Assembly: GCA_009914755.4 (NCBI GenBank) | Contig: CP068257.2 | Location: 6,496,001-6,560,000, forward strand | DNA from: the human T2T-CHM13v2.0 reference genome, Homo sapiens | Direction: 5' to 3' | Length of the DNA stretch: 64,000 nucleotides | Shown: positions 53,705-64,000 of the stretch, piece after piece | How positions within the stretch are numbered: position 1 is the first letter of the stretch | How the letters are laid out: each line of letters opens with the position of its first letter | Made by a program: the position numbers and the translations under genes | The notes under the pieces: generated by a model | The model's input: only the letters and a program-made list of their open reading frames with translations | What the model was told of the DNA's origin: nothing | Databases searched by the model: none

Positions 53705-54065
53705 TGGGCCTTCTGCCTCTCTGCGCCTGCGCCGGCGCTGTGGGCCTCTCTGCGCCTGCGCCGGCGCTGTGGGCCTCTCTGCACCTGCCCCGGCGCTGTG
53801 GGCCTCTCTGCGCCTTTCGCCGGCGCTGTGCGCCTTTGCGAGGGCGGAGCTGCGTTCTTCCCAGCACAGCCAAGGAGAGCATCGCCAGGGCGGAGCTGAG
53901 TTCTCCTCTGCACAGACTTCAGATATACAGCGAAGGCGGAGCAGTGTTCTCCTCAGCACAGACCCAGGCGGGCCGGGGGCACCGCGAGGGCGGAGCTGCG
54001 TTCTGCTCAGCACAGACCCGGGGGACACCGCTAAGGCAGAGCAGCGTTCTCCTCAGCACAGACCT
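53705..54065 (+). promoter_or_regulatory. CpG-rich 29-bp repeats (×4) followed by ~37–45-bp repeats (×5), resembling the subtelomeric 61-29-37 repeat CpG island that serves as the TERRA promoter at human chromosome ends
   Basis: cctctctgcgcctgcgccggcgctgtggg ×4 (53712–53830). Then cg(a/c)gggcggagctgcgttct(g/t)c(t/c)cagcacagac…-type units ×5 (53830–54065). Orientation and ~420-bp spacing to the TTAGGG tract fit the telomere-proximal arrangement. Confidence 0.6.
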
Positions 54066-54482
54066 TTGGGGCACTGCCTCGCTTTGGGACAACTCGGGAC
54101 CGCATAGACGGTGAATAAAATCCTTCCCTTTTGCAGCCCTGAATAATCAGGGCCAGAGACCAGTTAGAAGGGCTCAGTGTGGAAAAGGGAAACCAAAAGC
54201 CCCTCTGAATCCTGCCAACCGAGGTTCTCCCAAGCCAAGCCGAGGCGGCCACAGTGCGAGATCCACACCGCAGCCTCGGAAGACAAATGCAGCATTCCTA
54301 ATGCAGACATGACACCCAAATTATGACACTCCCGTTGCTCATGTAACAAGCACCTGTAATGCTAATGCACTGCCTCAATACAAAAATATTAATATAAGAT
54401 CCACAATCCCCTTGCTGCCATGCAGTCCTAAGACAGAGATCATAATAATCTACATTGACATAGTACAAACGTAGTAACGAAC
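54066..54482 (+). other. Telomere-adjacent-type unique sequence between the CpG repeats and the TTAGGG tract
   Basis: …tgcagcattcctaatgcagacatgacacccaaattatgacactcccgttgctcatgtaacaagcacctgtaatgctaatgcactgcctcaatacaaaaatattaatataagatccacaatcccc…. I recall this sequence type as immediately flanking terminal repeats at several human chromosome ends. Confidence 0.5.
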
Positions 54483-54752
54483 CTAGGGTTAAGGTTGGTG
54501 TTAGGGTTAGGGGTTAGGGGTTAAGTTTAGGGTTAGGGGTTGGAGATAGGGGTTGGGGTCAGAGTTAAGAGTTAAGAGTCAACGTTTAGAGTTAGAGGTT
54601 AAGAGAGGTTAGGGGTTAGGGATAAGGGGTTAGGGTTGTGGTTAGGGGTTAGGCTTAGGGGTTACGGTTAAGGGTTAGGGTTAGGGTCAGGGGTTAAGGG
54701 TCAGGGTCAGTGGTTAGGGATCAGGGTCAGGGGTCAGGGTCAGGTTCAGGGG
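54483..54752 (+). repeat. Degenerate telomeric repeat tract (TTAGGG and variants TTGGGG, TCAGGG, TTAAGG, TTAGAG…), interstitial
   Basis: gggttaaggttggtgttagggttaggggttaggggttaagtttagggttaggggttggagataggggttggggtcagagttaagag…ggttagggttagggtcaggggttaagggtcagggtcagtggttagggatcagggtcaggggtcagggtcaggttcaggggtc, followed directly by L1 sequence. Confidence 0.85.
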
Positions 54753-57309
<2,557 letters not shown>

Positions 57310-57310
<1 letters not shown>

Positions 57311-57450
57311 TCTGTGAGGAACAACCAAATTGTTTTCCACAGCAAGGGCATCATTTTCTATTCCTAGCAGCCAGATCATGAGGGCTCCAACTTCTCTACC
57401 TCCTTAGCAACATTTATTTTCTGTGTCATTGTTATGAAAGCCTTACTTGT
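57310..57450 (-). mobile_element. ~140-bp L1 ORF2-3' segment that is a ~93% identical direct repeat of 58669–58810, bracketing the GC-rich block
   Basis: (t)gaggaac(a/c)accaaa(t/c)tgttttccacagcaag(g/t)gcatcattttctattcctagcagccag(a/t)tcatgagggctcca(ac/gt)ttctc(t/c)acctccttagcaacat(t/g)(t/a)attttctgtgtc(a/g)ttgttatgaaagccttact(t/a)gtgg(g/a)tgca(g/a)agtggcat, present at both sites. Confidence 0.8.
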
Positions 57451-58668
57451 GGGTGCAGAGTGGCATGAATGTAGTCAATTAACACGTTTATTACCTCACA
57501 GAATCGTCACCTTTTTGTGTGCATGGGTGGGATAAGAAAACTTAACTCTATCCCCTGTGACGGAATAGTGGCCATTCCAGCTGCTCCAGGCTCCAGCTGA
57601 GGAAGACCAGGGTATGTGGCCCCACCAGGGTGACCCTCAGGCCTGGCGCTCACGCATTCCAGAGGCCACCCAAACCATGCTCCGCCATCTGGGCTCCCAA
57701 GCTGCCGTCGCCCTCTGTGTGCAGGCAGCAGCTGCCTGGCAACCCCCGAGCCCGCTCGCGCTCCTAGCATCACAGAAGCAGGGCCACGTGTCCCAGTGGC
57801 TGCAGCCAAGCCAGGCATTCTGCCCTGCGGCAGCAGCTGCACAGGAGCGAGAACTGAGAACCCACCGCTCAACCCCACACGAGGTGACTGCCGAGTGCCC
57901 ATACAAACGGCTCCGATCTCCCTCAGGTGGAGGAGTGGTCGGGAGGCACGGCCTGGGGGACCTCAGGCTGGGCGCGCTGGCGATCCCAAGGCCGACCAGG
58001 CCATGCACTTCCAGCCCGCCTGGGCACCCGAACTGCAGCTGCCTTCTGCGTGCAGGCAGCAGCCTCCAGGCAACTCCCGAGCTCGCCCACACTCCCCACA
58101 TCTCGGAAGCAGGGCCAAATGTCCCTGTGGCTGTGGCCAAGCCAGGCGGTCTGTCCTGCAGCAGCTGCACAGGGGCGGGAACCGGCCCTCAGCCCCATCC
58201 CCGGTGGCTGCAGAGGGCCCCTGGATAGAGATCTGGAGCTCTGACAGAGGAGGAGCCAGGCCGGGACAGGGTCTGGCAGGCTCTCAGGCCAGGGGCACCC
58301 GCGATCCAGAGGCGGCCCAGGGCATGCTCCACCACCTGGGCACCCAGCTACAGGCGCCGGGCGACTCCCAAGCTGGCTGGCGCGCCCAGCCTCGCAGAAC
58401 TGAGGCTAGATGTCGCCGTGGCTGTGACCAAGCCAGGCGGTCTGCCCAGGGGCGGCTGCACCGGGGCAGGAACCGACCCTCAGCCCCATCCCCGGTGGCT
58501 GCAGACGGCCCCTGGGGCGGCCCCGATCTCTCTTCTGAGGAGGAGAGGGGCAGGAGTCACGGCCAGGCGGGTCCTCAGGCGGGAAGGAATGCGCGCCTGC
58601 AATTCCGGGATGTCCCGCGCCAGCCCAGGAGAACCCGCAAGCCAGCGGCGCCTGTTTCTCTGTGTGAT
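57450..58668. repeat. CpG/GC-rich block made of three tandem ~330-bp units, embedded in L1 sequence. Origin uncertain (possibly an old L1 5'UTR-type tandem unit)
   Basis: Recurring motifs …ggctg(c/t)(a/g)(g/a)ccaagccaggc(a/g)(t/g)tctg(c/t)cc(t/a)g…gcagctgcacagg(a/g)gcg(a/g)gaac(t/c)ga…c(t/c)cagccccatccccggtggctgcaga(g/c)ggcccctgg… at ~57790, ~58120 and ~58420. Long overlapping ORFs on both strands (57796–58725 +, 57637–58170 -). Confidence 0.6.
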
Positions 58669-61084
58669 GCTTTGAGGAACCACCAAACTGTTTTCCACAG
58701 CAAGTGCATCATTTTCTATTCCTAGCAGCCAGTTCATGAGGGCTCCAGTTTCTCCACCTCCTTAGCAACATTGATTTTCTGTGTCGTTGTTATGAAAGCC
58801 TTACTAGTGGATGCAAAGTGGCATCTCATTTGGGTTTTGCCTTGCATTTTATTAATGAATAATGGTGTTTAGCATCTTTTCTTTTCCTTCTTAGACATTT
58901 GTGTATCTTCTTTGGAGAAATGTCTGTTCAAGTCCTTTGCCTATTTTTTTAATTGGGATCTTAGAAATTCTGTTGTTGAGTTGTGGGATATTAAGCTTTT
59001 ATCAGATACACATTTTGATTTTATCAGATACATATTTTCTCACATATTATGGGTTGTCTTTTCACTCCCTTGATAGTATCCTTTGATGCATAAAGGGTTT
59101 TTTATTTTGATTAAATCTAATTTTCGTGTATTTTCTTTTGTTATCTGTGTTTTTCTGTCATATTTCAAAATACACTTAAAACTCAAAGGTCATAAAGGTT
59201 TACCGTGTGTTTTCTTCTAAGAGTTACATATTTTTAGTCCTTACATTTAAGTCTTTTATTAATTTAGAATTAATTTTTGTATATACTGCAAGGTAGGGGT
59301 CTAACTTCTCTCTTGTACACTGACATCCAGCTGTTGAAGAGACTGTTCTTTCCTCCCTTGACTAGACTTGGCCACCTTGTTGAACAGTCATTGACCATAT
59401 ATGTGAGGACTAACTTGTAGGATCTCAAATCTGTTCTGTTGTATTGGTCTGAAAGTCTATTGGTCTTATTCCAGTACCACACTCTCTTGATTACTGTAGA
59501 TTTGTAGTAGGCTGTGAAACTGAAAAATGTGAGTTTTCCAATGTTCTTTTTCAAGACTGTTTTGTCTGTCAGATCCTTTGAATTTTTGTATGATTTTAGA
59601 ATGAGTTTCTTTGTTTCTGCAAAAATGCCTTTGGGATTTTGACGGTATTGCATTGAATCTGTAGATTACTTTAGATGGTATTGTCATCTTAACGATATTG
59701 TCTTACAACCCGTGAACACAGAATGTCTTTCCACTTATTTCCACTCTCTTTAGTTTTTTGCAGCAATGTTTTGTGTATACCACCATGGTTAGATTTATGC
59801 CTGAATAACGTATTCTTTGATGTCATTATAAATGGAATTTTTAAAATGTTTTCATAGTTCTTTACAACTATATAGAAATATAGCTCATTTGCCTATGTTT
59901 GTTTGCATCCTGCCTCTTTTATTAGTTATAATCGGTTTTGTGTTTTGTTTGGAGCTTTATACCTATAAGATCATGTGTAGATATAATTTTACACCTATTT
60001 TTTATTTCTAATTTAGATGCCTTTTATTTCTTTGTCTTGCCTAATTGCTCTGGCTAGAACTGCCAGTGCTACGTTGAATACAAGTGGCAAATGCACCATC
60101 CTTTTCTTCTAGATGTTAGGAAAACAGCTTTCAGTGTTTCATCATTGATCATGATATTAACTGTTGGGTTTTTGTACATCCCATTGTCATGTTGCAGAAG
60201 ATCCCTTCTATGCCTAGTTTATTGAGTATTTTTATTATAGAAGGGTGTTGTATTTCATCAATGTTTTCTCTGCAGCAATTGAAATAATCACGTGCTTATT
60301 CATTTTACTGTTACAGCATATTACACTGATTGATTTTTTATATGTTGAACCACCCTTGCATTTTGGGGATAAATCTCAAAGGGTGATAGTTTACAATCCT
60401 TTGATTATACAGTATTGCTGCTAGTATTTTGCTAGTATTGCTAGTATTTTGCTGAGATTTTTGCTTATATATTCATAGGGGATATAGTGCTGTATTTCTC
60501 TCTTTTGTGCTCTCTTTGTCTTTGGTATAAGGATAATGCTGTTATCAAAAAATGAATTAGCAAGTATTCCTTCTTCATATATTTTGTCAGAAGAGTTTGA
60601 GAAGAAATGGTATTAATTCTTCTTTAAATGTTAGGTTGACTCACCAGTTAATGCAGCTATTTGGTCATAAATGTTTCTTTGTTAATCGCTTTCGATTACT
60701 AATTCAGTCTCCTAGGTTATAGGTCTATTCAGATTTTCTCTTTCTTCTTGAGCCACTTTGGTAGTTTGTGTCTTTCTAGCGATTCATCCATTTCATCCAG
60801 GGCACCTAATTTGTTGCTAGACAGTTGTTCACAGTATACTCCTGTAATCCTTTTGTATTTCTGTAAAGTTGGTAGTAATGGCTCTGCTTTCATTTATTAT
60901 TTTAATAATTAGTCTTCCATCTTTTGCTCAGTCAATATAGTGAAAGGCTTGATCTTTCAAAGAATCTACATTTTTTCATTCTACTGCTCTCCAACCTTCT
61001 ATTTGATTGATTTATGCTCTAATTATGCTCTTTATTATTTCTTTCCTTCTGCTAGCTTTGGATTTAGTCTTCCACCTGGATTTA

Positions 61085-61611
<527 letters not shown>

Positions 61612-61620
<9 letters not shown>

Positions 61621-61716
61621 TGTCCAGTCTGGTCTCAAAATATGGGGCTCAAGAGACCTGCCCACCTTGGCCTCCCAAAATACTGGGATTACAGGTGTAA
61701 GCCCCTGAATCTGGCC
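61612..61716 (-). mobile_element. Alu fragment (left-arm portion, antisense)
   Basis: tgccatgttgtccagtctggtctcaaaatatggggctcaagagacctgcccaccttggcctcccaaaatactgggattacaggtgtaagcc. Confidence 0.7.
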
Positions 61717-61724
61717 AGATATTT

Positions 61725-62160
61725 TTCTTTTTATGGCTGAATAATACTCTGTGTATGTATATATTACATTTTCTTTATCTATTCACCTACTGATGGGCAT
61801 TAGGTTTGGGCTACCTTTTGGCCACTGTGAATAATGCTGCTGTTAATCGGGTGTACAAATACCTGTTTGAGTCCCTGCTCTCAGTTCTTTTGGGTATATA
61901 CGCTTAAAGGGTGTTGATGGATCATATAATTCTATGCTTCATATTTTTAAGGAGCTGCTAAACCATTTTCCACAGTGGGCTGTACCATTTTACATTCCAA
62001 AAAGCAATGCATACAGCTTCCAATTTCTCTATAGCCTTGCTGACAGTTAATATTTTCTGTTTATGTATTGTATTTTTACAGTGTTTGAAATTAATCTGAG
62101 GCTTTTTGCTGATACCAAAATATTAGGAAAGGTTTTCCAAAAATAATACTGCTTATTATA
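61725..62160 (-). mobile_element. Old L1 3'-region fragment, minus strand
   Basis: …ggctgaataatactctgtgtatgtatatattacattttctttatctattcacctactgatgggcattaggtttgggctaccttttggccactgtgaataatgctgctgttaatcgggtgtacaaatacctgtttgagtccctgctctcagttcttttgggtatatacgc…ccattttccacagtgggctgtaccattttacattcc… is antisense to the L1 ORF2 3' region. Confidence 0.75.
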
Positions 62161-62223
62161 AAGGATTTTACATGTTACTTGATGCCCTGTGATCTGTTTT
62201 CTAAGTAAGAAGAGGAACTTCTT

Positions 62224-63590
<1,367 letters not shown>

Positions 63591-63837
63591 TTTCAGACAA
63601 TCTGGATCCCAACTGGGTATCCCACAATTCCATCCTGACACTCCCTGGAGTTAGTGCAGACCCCGCAGGATGGGAGCTCAGTCCCAGGAGTCTACCCTCA
63701 CTCCACATGCCAATTGCAAGTCTTGGGTTGTTACATGTAGTTTTGACCAACCAGTTAGAAAACAGAGTTTCATGACCCCCATTGGTGGGTGGAATCATTT
63801 GCTTGGACAGCTTGCAGAACTCAGAAAAACAGATTGT

Positions 63838-64000
<163 letters not shown>

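Noticed and set aside
37470-54065. CRISPR-like interpretation of the regular tandem repeats (120-bp gene repeats, 200-bp TAR1-like repeats, 29-bp repeats)
   Set aside because: The sequence is a primate genome, and the repeats have no unique spacers. They are a coding tandem array and subtelomeric satellites.
51539-54252. Many 60–180-aa ORFs on both strands across the TAR1-like and 29/37-bp repeats (for example 52242–52793 -, 53578–54114 +)
   Set aside because: These are repetitive GC-rich tandem repeats. The ORFs are periodic artefacts of the repeat unit and are mutually overlapping in all frames.
54483-54752. Interpreting the TTAGGG tract as a true chromosome terminus, or as a head-to-head telomere fusion point of the 2q13 type
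   Set aside because: The tract is followed by ~9 kb of ordinary L1/Alu-containing sequence, so it is not a terminus. Only one orientation (G-strand on +) is present, with no inverted CCCTAA array, so it is not a head-to-head fusion.
57637-58725. Long ORFs (309 aa +, 204 aa +, 177 aa -, 91 aa -) in the GC-rich block, as possible protein-coding genes
   Set aside because: They overlap one another on both strands and consist of low-complexity A/G/P/R-rich translations of a CpG-rich tandem repeat. They have no start context or splice signals and no domain-like sequence. High GC simply suppresses stop codons.

Overview
This 64-kb window looks like a catarrhine primate (human-like) nuclear sequence, not a prokaryotic one. 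The evidence is many Alu SINEs (AluY/AluS-like), L1 LINE fragments, an ERVK-type (betaretrovirus-like, dUTPase-bearing) provirus remnant, and (CA)n/(TA)n microsatellites. All coordinates are read by eye from the sequence and are approximate to about ±20 bp. No rRNA, tRNA or CRISPR was seen.

The left ~36 kb is ordinary AT-rich, repeat-dense intergenic or intronic DNA with no convincing cellular coding exon.
- 3590–3800, 8862–9095 and 14690–15480: old L1 pieces (the first two are L1 3' ends).
- about 10900–14650: an ancient + strand L1 ORF1/ORF2 region carrying a young AluY at 12988–13282.
- 22270–23110: a minus-strand L1 ORF2 piece.
- 23110–28980: two adjacent, divergent HERV-K-like gag regions with an LTR and Lys-like primer-binding sites, followed by dUTPase, protease, a deleted RT/RNase H and an integrase C-terminus, cut off by an Alu cluster.
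- 36185–37470: a + strand L1 5'UTR/ORF1 pseudogene that stops abruptly at 37470.

From 37470 to about 54750 the sequence changes into what looks like an interstitial subtelomere-derived segmental duplication. It holds three copies of a gene that I cannot place in any family I know:
- Copy A: minus strand, 37470–39508.
- Copy B: plus strand, 41893–44878.
- Copy C: plus strand, 48171–51157.
- The product is a single-exon, serine/proline/threonine-rich protein: two ~210-aa modules followed by at least twelve 40-aa tandem repeats (120-bp DNA period) built around ...SPVCPSYSPTTPTLQRESVPGTQESPPNSPISLSYS....
- A and C sit in a ~4.3-kb inverted repeat (arms 37470–41790 and 45901–50215). Copy B lies in the spacer.
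- Each arm carries an upstream module with a TATTTAAA TATA box and (GTCT)n/(CA)n repeats in the 5'UTR.
- B and C share a TAA nonsense codon and a 1-bp deletion relative to A. A is cut off at the L1 junction.

Downstream of copy C come about eleven ~200–220-bp tandem units (TAR1-like, 51530–53700). They are followed by a block of 29-bp and ~37–45-bp CpG-rich tandem repeats (53705–54065) that resembles the subtelomeric TERRA-promoter repeats. About 420 bp of telomere-adjacent-type sequence and a ~270-bp degenerate (TTAGGG)n tract (54483–54752) follow, and the tract is immediately succeeded by L1 rather than a chromosome end.

The right end of the window (54753–64000) contains:
- minus-strand L1 ORF2 segments;
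- an unusual CpG-rich 1.2-kb block made of three ~330-bp tandem units, lodged between two copies of the same ~150-bp L1 segment (57310–58830);
- a duplicated ~530-bp segment (61085–61620 and 63060–63590), each copy holding an ATG-initiated acidic mini-ORF (MAQVA...) that ends at a GT splice donor;
- several more Alus.
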